A stretch of DNA of 40,012 nt from assembly GCA_045578925.1 (NCBI GenBank), contig JAZNLD010000097.1, positions 1-40,012 of the forward strand. Reading direction: 5' to 3'. Below, in pieces: positions 1 to 9,282 of the stretch. Origin of the DNA: Clostridia bacterium (lineage in GTDB: Bacteria > Bacillota > Clostridia > UMGS1883). The notes below the pieces were generated by a model. That model was not told the origin of the DNA and did no database searches. It saw nothing but the letters and a program-made list of their open reading frames with translations. Made by a program: the position numbers and the translations under genes. Position 1 is the first letter of the stretch. Every line of letters starts with the position of its first letter.

Positions 1-709
1 CGGCAGTGTTGTTAGAATCGTAGGGGAATTCTCTGTTTTCAAGGTTGCCCCAGATTCTGTCGCCCTTCTTAACCGTTTGAAGTTCAGCGCGATTATTTAT
101 AATTGTGTAGCCTCTTTTTTCAGCTTCACTGATGTCACTCCAACCTGACATGTCAAATCCTACGCCTAAAACAACATCAATATCCTGATTGGCAACCTGC
201 TCGGAAATTGTGCCGTTGTTTGAACGGGAGTTATCGTGCGAAGCAAATGATGCGGGCGTTGCGTTTGCCCAGTCGTATGTTGTTACCATACCTGTAGCTT
301 TTCCAAGAAGCTGACACATTTCAAGAATTGTAGCACGGGGCTTAATAGATGTATCCACCCCTACATAACCCTTATTTGTTTTATAACCTGATGAAAGCGC
401 AGTTCCGCCTGCAGCAGAGTCTGTTACGGGATCATCAGAGCAATATGTTGTAATTCCGCCTACAAGGTAATCAAGAAGATTAGCCTTGCCTTCTGTAACC
501 TTTGTTACATAGGGAAACATTTCCTTGTTTGTAAGTCCGCCTGCTTCTTTTACCATACTTGCAAGCTCAAGCGGTACCATACCACCGCCATCAGGAATCA
601 TATAGATTACATTTTTGATTTGAGTATCATTAGTGTTCTGTGCGTATGCTGCGGGAAGGATTCCCACAACAAGCATAATGGCAATAATTACTGACAAAAC
701 TTTTTTCAT
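1..709 (-). CDS. Secreted alkaline phosphatase (PhoA family), N-terminal ~236 aa; the C-terminus lies beyond the left window edge
   Basis: Absent from the ORF track because it runs off the edge. My reverse-complement translation from ATG 709..707 gives MKKVLSVIIAIMLVVGILPAAYAQ (signal peptide), then IYMIPDGGGM and VTDSAAGGTALSSGYKT, which carries the D-S-A-A active-site serine motif of alkaline phosphatases. AGGAGG lies at 718-723, 8 nt upstream of the ATG. Confidence 0.8.
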   Translation of the reverse strand, partial: MKKVLSVIIAIMLVVGILPAAYAQNTNDTQIKNVIYMIPDGGGMVPLELASMVKEAGGLTNKEMFPYVTKVTEGKANLLDYLVGGITTYCSDDPVTDSAAGGTALSSGYKTNKGYVGVDTSIKPRATILEMCQLLGKATGMVTTYDWANATPASFASHDNSRSNNGTISEQVANQDIDVVLGVGFDMSGWSDISEAEKRGYTIINNRAELQTVKKGDRIWGNLENREFPYDSNNTA

Positions 710-726
710 TTGAATTTCCTCCTGAA

Positions 727-2640
727 TTACAATAAGTTTATGTATATTCCGCCTAAAACTGTTCTGTTCTGGAAGAACTCGCGTCTGCAATCTGAAGTAT
801 AGTACCAATCAGGGAACGGAGTTCTGTCAGGTGTATCATTGATAAAAGCGTACATTTTGTCAATGATTATATCACGGTATTCCTTATTTTTTGTCATTAC
901 CGTTGTCCACATCTGCCAGTCTGCTTTAGTATAATCAGCGCGGCAATCAAGCGGAACTCCATATTCATTAATCTTTGCAAGATAGAGATTAACCTCTTTC
1001 TCAAAAACATCTTCATCAAAAACATTTATATCTAAAAGTTTATCCCAGACGATGTTATATTTAAGACTCCATGAGTCCTCATTATCGAAAGCGAGCTTTG
1101 TAGCTTTTTCGTTTGAAGCTTCCTTCTTCCATCTGTCAGCATATTCTTTTGCAACAGTTATGTATTCGGGCTCATCAAACAATTTTCCGTATGCCGCTAT
1201 TGCTAAAATTGCCTTGATGCTGAGGTTACAGTTATGTGCAGAAGGTCCTGCAAAGTCATCTGTACAAAGCTGATTTCCGGGGTCATATCCGTCTTTCACA
1301 AGGTAGTCAGCCCACTTTTTAAGAAGTGCCTTATTATCTTCGGCAAAAGATCTGTCTGCGCCATATTTCACTGCTGCCGCAACGCAGAGGAGCATATTTC
1401 CGCATTCTTCAACGGGCATCTGCATTTCGCGTTTCATTTTGCCGTCTTCAAGGCCGTAAACCTGACCGTTTGCAAGAGGATACATACCTAAATCGTGAGG
1501 CGCAAAATCAAATTCCCACGCATCGCTCTCGGCAAAATCTATGATAGGTCTGAGCATTCCGAGAACAAATTCGGGATTATATTTCAGGAACAAAGGAATT
1601 GAAGGATATGTAACATCGAGCGTTCCCATACAACCATTGGAGTGACATTCCTTTGAGAAATAAAGAAGATTACCCTTCTTGTCCTGAACCATTTTGTGTG
1701 CAGCCATTACCTGACGATATGCAAGTGATGTCAGTTTTTCGTAATTTCCGCTTATCTTTGATGTTTCTGCCATCATTTTTTCATCAAATTCACAGCAAAG
1801 CTTTTTGATTTCATCATATTCGGAAACCGAAGCAACGAGCATATCATCAAAAGTATCGAAGTACTTTTTATAATAGCCATCAAGCTTTTCTTTGAAATAT
1901 TCACAGGAATATATGTCATCATAAGCAAGTGTTATAACTCCACTTGTTTCCTTTTTTCGGAGCATTATATAGGGATATTCTTCAAACGCACCATATTCGG
2001 TATCAAAAGAAAGCTCCTTGAACTGTCTCCAACGCTTGGGCAAGCCATCAATAACAACTGCTTCAGTATCAGCTACATGGATATAGCCCCAGTCAACAGT
2101 CATCGGGTCTTTTATAACGCCGGTAAATATATTCTGTACTGCATTGCCGAAAAATACAGAGTTTTCACCCTTTTTTGCAATAACTCGTCCGTTATAGGAG
2201 TTTACCGCACATTCGCAGGAAATGTCAAAGTAGAAATCAGTAGTATGCTCTTTCCCGTCAATTACATTGATTTCGTATTCAAGATAAGAAACAGGTCTTG
2301 AGCATATATCTGGTCTGTCAATAATGAAAGGAGTAGTAAAAGTCAGTTTAACTGAAACTATATCATTTTCAAATTCACAAATAGTTCTTGTCGGAAGTAC
2401 GCTGAGTGACTTCTGCGGAATATACTGCTCAAAAGCAATCTTTCTTCTGTCACCATCACAAGCGAAATTACCTACAAGAAGATGAAGTTTATCATCTATA
2501 AAAACTCCCGCAGTTACAGGATTGCGCCTGCCTGTCCAATGTTTTGTGACATCTTCACGAAGTTTATCACTTTCAGACCAGATGCTGAAAAATGGATCTA
2601 CAACGAAAAGCGGTATGCTTGAAGGTCTGAATTCTTTCAT
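727..2640 (-). CDS. Glutaminase-A-like protein (DUF5127/DUF4965/DUF1793 architecture), putative cytoplasmic glycoside hydrolase
   Basis: 637-aa ORF with an ATG start and no signal peptide. The N-terminus PSSIPLFVVDPFFSIWS matches the P-x-x-PL-x-V-x-x-P-[YF]-[FL]-S-x-W opening typical of this family. Size and alpha/alpha-toroid-like C-terminal half fit. The stop lies 18 nt upstream of the phosphatase start, so the two are probably co-transcribed. Confidence 0.55.
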   Translation of the reverse strand: MKEFRPSSIPLFVVDPFFSIWSESDKLREDVTKHWTGRRNPVTAGVFIDDKLHLLVGNFACDGDRRKIAFEQYIPQKSLSVLPTRTICEFENDIVSVKLTFTTPFIIDRPDICSRPVSYLEYEINVIDGKEHTTDFYFDISCECAVNSYNGRVIAKKGENSVFFGNAVQNIFTGVIKDPMTVDWGYIHVADTEAVVIDGLPKRWRQFKELSFDTEYGAFEEYPYIMLRKKETSGVITLAYDDIYSCEYFKEKLDGYYKKYFDTFDDMLVASVSEYDEIKKLCCEFDEKMMAETSKISGNYEKLTSLAYRQVMAAHKMVQDKKGNLLYFSKECHSNGCMGTLDVTYPSIPLFLKYNPEFVLGMLRPIIDFAESDAWEFDFAPHDLGMYPLANGQVYGLEDGKMKREMQMPVEECGNMLLCVAAAVKYGADRSFAEDNKALLKKWADYLVKDGYDPGNQLCTDDFAGPSAHNCNLSIKAILAIAAYGKLFDEPEYITVAKEYADRWKKEASNEKATKLAFDNEDSWSLKYNIVWDKLLDINVFDEDVFEKEVNLYLAKINEYGVPLDCRADYTKADWQMWTTVMTKNKEYRDIIIDKMYAFINDTPDRTPFPDWYYTSDCRREFFQNRTVLGGIYINLL

Positions 2641-2728
2641 TTACCTCATCCTTTCATTCTACATTCGGTATTATTTTGACATAAACACCTTTTTATTGTC
2701 TTTTGATTGACTGACTAACACTCACTGT

Positions 2729-2750
2729 GATAGTATAGTGTCATACTATC
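2729..2750. promoter_or_regulatory. Perfect 8-bp inverted repeat GATAGTAT-N6-ATACTATC just upstream of the RBS of the TIM-barrel gene; candidate operator or 5'-UTR hairpin
   Basis: Read directly: gatagtat (2729-2736), agtgtc, atactatc (2743-2750). It sits in the divergent intergenic region 2641-2767, and AAGGAG follows at 2753-2758. Confidence 0.35.
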
Positions 2751-2767
2751 TGAAGGAGTGTATTATT

Positions 2768-3535
2768 TTGAAACTTTCTTTTTCAACTCTCCCCTGTATG
2801 AGTGCATCAGCAGAAGAACTTAAAAATTTCTGTGAAACTTTTGGTTTTTACGGTGCTGAAGTGCGTACTAATAATGACAACACTTTCACATACGGAGAGG
2901 GATTAAACATAACCAATCTTGGAAGCAGTATCTGCATTAAAAGCTATAATCAGGAGCTTTTGGATAAAGCTATTGAGCTTTTTAAAAATGCGTCCGAAGC
3001 AGGAATTAGTGCTATAAGAATTTTCCTTGGAAATTTCTGCAGAACCTACGATGCTCCTAAAGACCCCGTCGTTCATTCTGAAATTGTAGAGATGCTCCGA
3101 AAATTATGCGACAGCACTGACATTGAAGTATGGATTGAAACCCACAATGAGTATGCTACCGGAAGGGCTCTCCGCGAACTTCTTGACGATGTAAACAGAG
3201 ATAATATCAAAATCATATGGGATATTATACATCCTATTGAAGATGATGAAACCCCCGAAGAAACCTTGAATTATATCGGAAAAGACATCGCACACATTCA
3301 CATCAAGGACGGCATAAAGCCAACTGATAAAAATCAGCACGACTATATATATACCGCACTTGGAAAAGGTGAACTTCCTATCGGAAAAATCGTAAAACTT
3401 CTTAAAGATTTTGGTTATGATGGTTGCTACTCGCTTGAATGGGAAAGTTTGTGGCGAAACGAACTCAAAGATCTCAACATTTCAAATGATGAACTTTTTG
3501 AAGATTTCGTTTCCTTTATGAAAAACATTTATTAA
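2768..3535 (+). CDS. Sugar phosphate isomerase/epimerase, xylose-isomerase-like TIM barrel (AP_endonuc_2 fold)
   Basis: The ORF track begins at a GTG (2738) inside the palindrome with no RBS. In-frame TTG 2768 has AAGGAG 9 nt upstream and yields the family-typical opening (M)KLSFSTL. Family-like motifs are WIETHNE, IAHIHIKD, GKGELPIGKIV and YSLEWES. Confidence 0.7.
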   Translation: MKLSFSTLPCMSASAEELKNFCETFGFYGAEVRTNNDNTFTYGEGLNITNLGSSICIKSYNQELLDKAIELFKNASEAGISAIRIFLGNFCRTYDAPKDPVVHSEIVEMLRKLCDSTDIEVWIETHNEYATGRALRELLDDVNRDNIKIIWDIIHPIEDDETPEETLNYIGKDIAHIHIKDGIKPTDKNQHDYIYTALGKGELPIGKIVKLLKDFGYDGCYSLEWESLWRNELKDLNISNDELFEDFVSFMKNIY

Positions 3536-5535
3536 AAGAGCTTTTCCATTCCCCAATCAATCATATAAAGCAGGGCAAAGGTGTAGCAAAGATGGAATAA
3601 CGATGTATTCCATTTTACATCTTTTCCCCACGCCTCAAAGGTAACGGTTGCTCCTTCGGAAATCATACGGAGCCATCTTCCCTCATCTTTGAGAACTTCC
3701 TTAATTTCATTTTCGCGACCTAAACGCTTAAGTGCATACAAAGATGCAAAGGTTACAAAGAATGCTGATGATTCGGCATTCTTTTTTATTATCATTTCAA
3801 TGATTCTCTCTTCCGTTTCCTTATCGGGACAAAGGTCAAATGCAAGCGCAAAAACATTTGATGCAAGCGCTGTATGTTTTGACACAGGAGTATCACAGAA
3901 GAGCCCCTGCTCTTCATCGTAGAAGTTTTCAATATAATCACGACGAAGAGGCTCTGTGTCATAACTAAAATCAATTCCGCAGATTTTTGCAATACGGTTG
4001 ATTCGATTCATCGCACCATAAAGATATGCATTTATAACATTGTGTGTTCCTTCTGAAACCTTACCCTCGGAAAGGTCGTAGTCGTAGCCGTCACGGGCAT
4101 TTTGTGGCCAGTCAACAACACACCACTTGTCAAGATTTCCGATAAGGCTGTTGTCCATTGAGTAATTTTCAAGATAATAATCAATGATTTTTTTAGCCTT
4201 TTCAAAATTTGACTTGAGATATTCCAGCTTGCCAGTAACGATGTAGTGAGACTCCATAAGTTGCGGAAGCATCAGGGAATATTCTGCAATTTCCTGCATG
4301 AATGCACAAGGAGCGCAAGTCATAAGGCCGTCATTTATAAACTGAGTACGAAGTGCATCGTCTATCAGTTTTTCCATTATGTCAGCATCACCTGTGAGCA
4401 CCGCGTATGTAAGCGATGTGAATGAACCGTCACCTAAATACTGCCCCTTTTCCCTTTCCATACAGTCCTGAATATTATCCTGAACACCGTATCGGAGAGA
4501 GTTTATACATAAGTCCCAAATCTTTTTGAGATCGTCGTCTTCATATTTTAATTTGCCAATGAGATTGAACGGATAGTGTCTTGAAATAAGTGATGTTTCT
4601 TTCACCTGGCATCCTTCGGGAAGTATCAGACTTACATATCTGAAAGATTTATAGTCAAACTGATCAAGTACATCCTCCCTGCCTGAAAGAATCCATTCTT
4701 CTTCATATTGGCAGTTTGCACGAAGGTTAAATCGCACTTCCCCGTTTTCGTCAAGTTCCTGACCGAAGCGAAGAGTTACAACATCGCCACGCTTTCCTTC
4801 GCACACTAAACTGAGATAACCTACATAAGTACTTCCGAAATCAATGAAAACGGTATTTCCGTCTTTTTTAATTTCTGCAGGAAGAATTTCCTCGGTTATG
4901 AGATTTTTTGTCTTCTGTGGGTAAAATTTATGGTCGCTGTTTTTATAGATTCTTGCATTTTTCCAAGCTGAATCATCAAATCCGGGCTTTTCAAAGCCAA
5001 CACAGTTGGCGTTAGAATCATAGCGTTCCATAAACTGTGTTTCATAGCCGACCATTCCCATTGCCTCAAAGCCATCGTGAATGCAGCAAGAAACACTCTC
5101 ATCGCTTTTAGCTATAACTTCGCCGTCGGAAATAATATCAAAAATCACACCGGCTCTGTCATCGCCACTTACCCATACGCGATTGATAAGTCCCTGATAA
5201 TAGGCGTGAATTGCAATTGTATTCTCGCCGTCTTTTATGTAGTCGGTGATATCAAATTCATTAAAGTAATAATGAAAATGAAAGCATGCCGCAGGTCCCT
5301 GTCCTACATAATTCCCATTTATATAAAGTTTATAATAGTCGTCTGCTGTTATTTTAATAATTGTTTTCTTTTTTGAATCTGCAGAAAATTTCTTGCGGAA
5401 AAGCATATGAACATTCTGCGGAAGTTTTCCACTGGGCTCGAACTTTTCAAGCTGTCTGTGGAAAACGAAAACCGGAGAAGCCTCACTAAGCTCCTCCGGA
5501 CAAATCAGGTTACCGTTAAAAGAATACTGAGTCAT
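3532..5535 (-). CDS. GH78-like alpha-L-rhamnosidase family protein, cytoplasmic (no signal peptide)
   Basis: 667-aa ORF. KITADDYYKLYINGNYVGQGPA...GENTIAIHAYYQG resembles the bacterial rhamnosidase N-terminal domain. DCMEREKGQYLGDG resembles the DCP-RE-R-G-W-GD segment of the six-hairpin catalytic domain. AAGGAG RBS 6 nt upstream. Confidence 0.65.
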   Translation of the reverse strand: MTQYSFNGNLICPEELSEASPVFVFHRQLEKFEPSGKLPQNVHMLFRKKFSADSKKKTIIKITADDYYKLYINGNYVGQGPAACFHFHYYFNEFDITDYIKDGENTIAIHAYYQGLINRVWVSGDDRAGVIFDIISDGEVIAKSDESVSCCIHDGFEAMGMVGYETQFMERYDSNANCVGFEKPGFDDSAWKNARIYKNSDHKFYPQKTKNLITEEILPAEIKKDGNTVFIDFGSTYVGYLSLVCEGKRGDVVTLRFGQELDENGEVRFNLRANCQYEEEWILSGREDVLDQFDYKSFRYVSLILPEGCQVKETSLISRHYPFNLIGKLKYEDDDLKKIWDLCINSLRYGVQDNIQDCMEREKGQYLGDGSFTSLTYAVLTGDADIMEKLIDDALRTQFINDGLMTCAPCAFMQEIAEYSLMLPQLMESHYIVTGKLEYLKSNFEKAKKIIDYYLENYSMDNSLIGNLDKWCVVDWPQNARDGYDYDLSEGKVSEGTHNVINAYLYGAMNRINRIAKICGIDFSYDTEPLRRDYIENFYDEEQGLFCDTPVSKHTALASNVFALAFDLCPDKETEERIIEMIIKKNAESSAFFVTFASLYALKRLGRENEIKEVLKDEGRWLRMISEGATVTFEAWGKDVKWNTSLFHLCYTFALLYMIDWGMEKLF

Positions 5536-5545
5536 ATTTGTCTCC

Positions 5546-6532
5546 TTATGCGATTGTCATCTGAAGTGCGGTTTCCTTTGAAATTTCGTTTTGCATTGTT
5601 TCGCCATTTGTAAAGCGAACGATATCGTCAATAAGATAACCCGTGATTCTTTCACGCATATCATAAGTAGGTCCCGCCATATGAGGAAAAAGCATTACAT
5701 TATCGAGGTTACGAAGCTCGTTCCCCTCCTTAGGAGGTTCAGTTTCGTAAACATCCAAAAGCGCTTTGAAACGATTTTCCTTCAATGTTTCAATAAGAGC
5801 CTCTTCGTCAATAACCGCTCCGCGAGAGGTGTTGATGAAAAGTGCGCCGTCCATCAGCAAGTCAAAATGCTTTTTATTAATCATATGGAAGGTTTCAGGA
5901 TTCTTGGCTGTATGCACAGATACAATTTTACATGTGCTGAAAATCTCCTCAAGAGAAGCATATGTGAAACCCTCTCTCTCTGCAAGAGCTTCATCCTCGT
6001 GAGTTGAATAAACTTTGATATTATCAGTGAAAAGACGAAGCTTCGGAATGAGGCGTGATGAAATAGCTCCATATGAAACTATTCCGACGCTCTGTCCGAT
6101 AAGGCCCTCGCTCTTTGCTTCCCAAGTCCATTCACCATTTTTTATAAGACTGCCATAGTGCCCCATATCGCGAAGTGCGTAAAGCATATAGGAAAGCGTT
6201 CCCTCGGCAACAGATTCAGCGTAATAATTGTTACCGCTTATTACCTTTATTCCCTTGTCAAACACGCTTATATCCACTATACCACCTACTGTCCCGCCGG
6301 TGTGTACTATAAGCTTCAAATCGCCTGCAATATCAGCGGTAATAATTGGCTGTCCCCAACCTGTTATTACAACATCTTTACCAATAAGAGCTTCTTTGAG
6401 CTCATCACCGCCTAGCGGTGATGAGCTTTCGTTATATGTTACTTCTCCTATTTTTTCAAGATATTCTTTTATTGCAGGGGTAATAAAACTATTGTTACGA
6501 AACCCCTTTTGGATATTAACAAATATTTTCAT
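5546..6532 (-). CDS. D-isomer-specific 2-hydroxyacid dehydrogenase family, NAD(P)-binding
   Basis: 328 aa. Contains a Rossmann segment GQSVGIVSYGAISSRLIPKL and the family signature FINTSRGAVIDEEALIETLKENRFKALLDVYETEPP, plus a late HMAG segment. It lies 10 nt upstream of the GH78-like gene. Confidence 0.8.
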   Translation of the reverse strand: MKIFVNIQKGFRNNSFITPAIKEYLEKIGEVTYNESSSPLGGDELKEALIGKDVVITGWGQPIITADIAGDLKLIVHTGGTVGGIVDISVFDKGIKVISGNNYYAESVAEGTLSYMLYALRDMGHYGSLIKNGEWTWEAKSEGLIGQSVGIVSYGAISSRLIPKLRLFTDNIKVYSTHEDEALAEREGFTYASLEEIFSTCKIVSVHTAKNPETFHMINKKHFDLLMDGALFINTSRGAVIDEEALIETLKENRFKALLDVYETEPPKEGNELRNLDNVMLFPHMAGPTYDMRERITGYLIDDIVRFTNGETMQNEISKETALQMTIA

Positions 6533-6546
6533 TATAATTCTTCCTT

Positions 6547-9282
6547 TTATCTGTAAAGAGATGAGTTATTAAGTACAACGATGTCGCTAAGCACATAGTT
6601 TCTGTAACGAAGTGCTACGAAAGAACATTCCTCGCCTACACTGTCGTAATCGAGAATTTCGTCATATGTACCGGCAAATACCTTTTCGTCTTCTCTTGTA
6701 GGGTCATATACAGTAACCGCAACGTTCGCAGGGAGCTTTACAACAGCCTTGGCACCAGAAAGCTCTTCATTGCTTCTTGTACCGGGAAGCTTTGTGCCTG
6801 AATTAACGCCACTTGCATAAGCTCCGGGTGATTTGAAAGCAATTGTCATAATGTCGCCTTCTCTTTCAAGAACATAACCATAAATCAGATAGAAGTTGTC
6901 ATAACCTGTCTTCAATCTATCAAGTTCGTGCTCAGCTTCTCTGATAGCTCTTATCTGGAAGCCGTCTTCGTAATGAGAAATAGTAGGTCTGTTGTTTTCA
7001 ACTCTTGTCATCTTACCTGCAGCAGTAGTATAACGGATACCGTCGCCCTGCTTCAAATCAAGAGAATTAAAGTTTTCAACTGATTCTGCACTTACAACGA
7101 CAGATCTCTTTATACCTGCTTCATATCCTTCAACCTTGGGAAGCATCATTTCGAGGTCTTCGTCATACACATAAGATATTTTATCAATTATCAGAATTGA
7201 ATCATCTTTACCTGCATCCCAATCTGTTGAGTTGGTATGTGTAAGAATGAAGTCAGCATACTTTTTTTCTGCATTCATTGTATACGCGGCATAAGAGAAT
7301 GATCTCGGAGGAGAATAGTCGCTAATAACATTACAGCTGGTGTATGTATCATTATTTATGATATCGTATGTTATAGCACCATTTACTATAGGACCTGAAA
7401 CTGCAAATACCGGAGTATCAGCCTTTGTTGCAACTTCTGCACCTAAAACATAGTCTCCCATAAGAGTGCTGCTGGGTGCTGCATCCATTTTCGTCATACT
7501 GCTTAATTTATCTTCATTTGCACCTACTGAAGAAGTATCAATCAAAGATATCTTGCCCTCTGCATTGAGCTCGTAATGAATCGGGAATATTCCCTTTTCA
7601 AAAGTTCCGTCGTTTACTTTCAAAGCAGGAACTGAAGCAATTTTATCGTATACAGTCTTATAGCTCTTTATTTTTTCGCCATCATACTTTACATTCTCAG
7701 CAACTACATATTCTACATATTCGCTGTCAGTATTAAGGAGCTTGATTTTAAGATTCTGCTCTTTGGCATCAATAGATACACCTGTTATCAATCCAAACAG
7801 AAATTCACTTGATAAACCTGCATTGATAGCAGCTATTTTTCCAAAAGGATTGATATATGCTGTAATCTGTTTTCCTAAATCAGGTACTTCTACATCAGGA
7901 AGAAGTTCATATGTTTCTCCACCCATTTCAAGGAATCTTCTTCCGTCTTCATCATATACTGAAGTTGCCTTTCCTTCTACTTTCTCCTCTGCAACGTAAG
8001 CCTTAAGAACCTTTTTTTCAGAGGTTGTTGCATTCTGTGCCACAGAGATAACTACACCGGGCATAAAATCTTCAAGGTATGCTTTCTTACCGCCCATATT
8101 GCTAAGAGAATATTTGTCGTACTTTTCTTCATTAAGAACTACAACTTCATCGGTATTTTTTGAGAAAACACGACCGTCTGAAAGCACAACGCTTTTCACT
8201 ACATAAGTCTTGTACGCTGTGATAACAAAAACATCTGCAACCTTATCCAAATTATTATCTATAACAGTAATACTACCATCAAGGCCTGTCAAATTTTCAA
8301 AGGAGAAGCCTGCATCTGTATAGAATGTACCGTTATATATAACAGATGTCATTGAATTGTATCTTACTTCTTTTTTAACTTTGCCTTCTTTATACTTCAA
8401 TTCGTTCTCGGTAGAACTTGCAAAATCAAATACAGAAAGGTCAAGTTCGTATACGCTGCTTGCTCTTTCTACATTGTAAGAAAGAACCTTTCGTGTACCC
8501 ATTTCTCTGTCATACTGATAAAAAACAGTGATGTGTTTACCGATATTGCTGTCTGCATCAGTTTTTCCTGTATCAAGAAGAAGTTTGCCGTTTGTTGTTT
8601 CCAACTTAAAATGATTTTCAATAAGTGTTGAGTCGCCCCACAAACCTGTCAAATCATTTTCAATTACAGTACCTTTTACTTCATAAACATTGAAAAGGTC
8701 TGCCATAACAGTAACATCTTTGTTGATTTCAAAACTGCTGCCTGTCTGAGTGAATTCAGTAATGTTCATCGCATCCATACACAAAACATTGAAAATCATA
8801 TGTGCAAGGTCGCGATAGGTTGCGTATCCTGAAACGCCGACATTTTTGTAAGCGGCGCTTGTAACTGCAGGATTTGAAAGTGCAACGCCGTATCCTGCAT
8901 ACTGAAGGAGAAGGCGAGCCATATCGTTTACTGCAATATAACCATCGGGATTAAACAGTCCGCCGCCAACGCCACGGAAGTAACCAAGTTCAGTCATTTT
9001 TTCAATTGCATAGGCATTAACACTTTCAGCAGGCACATCTGTATAATATGTACCTGTAGCTGTACCATTATCAAGCTTTGAAAGGTTTAAAAGCACCTGT
9101 GCTACATAGTTTCTCTGAACTTCACGATCAATATTTGCTTCGGTAGAAGACATAATACCCAATGACTCAAGAAGCTGAGATACATATTCGGGAACCGGAG
9201 TTGATGCAGCCTTTGCAAAAGAAGGCAGAGAGGTTACCATAAGCAATGTAACAAGTATTATTGAAATAATTCTCTTTTTCAT
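6547..9282 (-). CDS. Secreted surface protein: N-terminal SLH-like segment plus ~780 aa of beta-rich sequence with no family I can name
   Basis: 911 aa. Signal peptide MKKRIISIILVTLLMVTSLPSFAKA. YTDVPAESVNAYAIEKMTELGYFRGVGGGLFNPDGYIAVNDMARLLLQ fits the SLH pattern F/Y-x-D-V ... G ... G-x-F-x-P ... A-x-LL. Its ATG overlaps the upstream stop (TAATG at 9280-9284). Confidence 0.6.
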   Translation of the reverse strand: MKKRIISIILVTLLMVTSLPSFAKAASTPVPEYVSQLLESLGIMSSTEANIDREVQRNYVAQVLLNLSKLDNGTATGTYYTDVPAESVNAYAIEKMTELGYFRGVGGGLFNPDGYIAVNDMARLLLQYAGYGVALSNPAVTSAAYKNVGVSGYATYRDLAHMIFNVLCMDAMNITEFTQTGSSFEINKDVTVMADLFNVYEVKGTVIENDLTGLWGDSTLIENHFKLETTNGKLLLDTGKTDADSNIGKHITVFYQYDREMGTRKVLSYNVERASSVYELDLSVFDFASSTENELKYKEGKVKKEVRYNSMTSVIYNGTFYTDAGFSFENLTGLDGSITVIDNNLDKVADVFVITAYKTYVVKSVVLSDGRVFSKNTDEVVVLNEEKYDKYSLSNMGGKKAYLEDFMPGVVISVAQNATTSEKKVLKAYVAEEKVEGKATSVYDEDGRRFLEMGGETYELLPDVEVPDLGKQITAYINPFGKIAAINAGLSSEFLFGLITGVSIDAKEQNLKIKLLNTDSEYVEYVVAENVKYDGEKIKSYKTVYDKIASVPALKVNDGTFEKGIFPIHYELNAEGKISLIDTSSVGANEDKLSSMTKMDAAPSSTLMGDYVLGAEVATKADTPVFAVSGPIVNGAITYDIINNDTYTSCNVISDYSPPRSFSYAAYTMNAEKKYADFILTHTNSTDWDAGKDDSILIIDKISYVYDEDLEMMLPKVEGYEAGIKRSVVVSAESVENFNSLDLKQGDGIRYTTAAGKMTRVENNRPTISHYEDGFQIRAIREAEHELDRLKTGYDNFYLIYGYVLEREGDIMTIAFKSPGAYASGVNSGTKLPGTRSNEELSGAKAVVKLPANVAVTVYDPTREDEKVFAGTYDEILDYDSVGEECSFVALRYRNYVLSDIVVLNNSSLYR

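Noticed and set aside
2641-2728. Promoter calls for the DUF4965 gene (TGtAGAAT extended -10 on the minus strand) and for the TIM-barrel gene (TTGACT at 2708-2713).
   Set aside because: The -35 and spacing are poor for both. The minus-strand candidate would start transcription inside the RBS. This is too weak to list as a feature.
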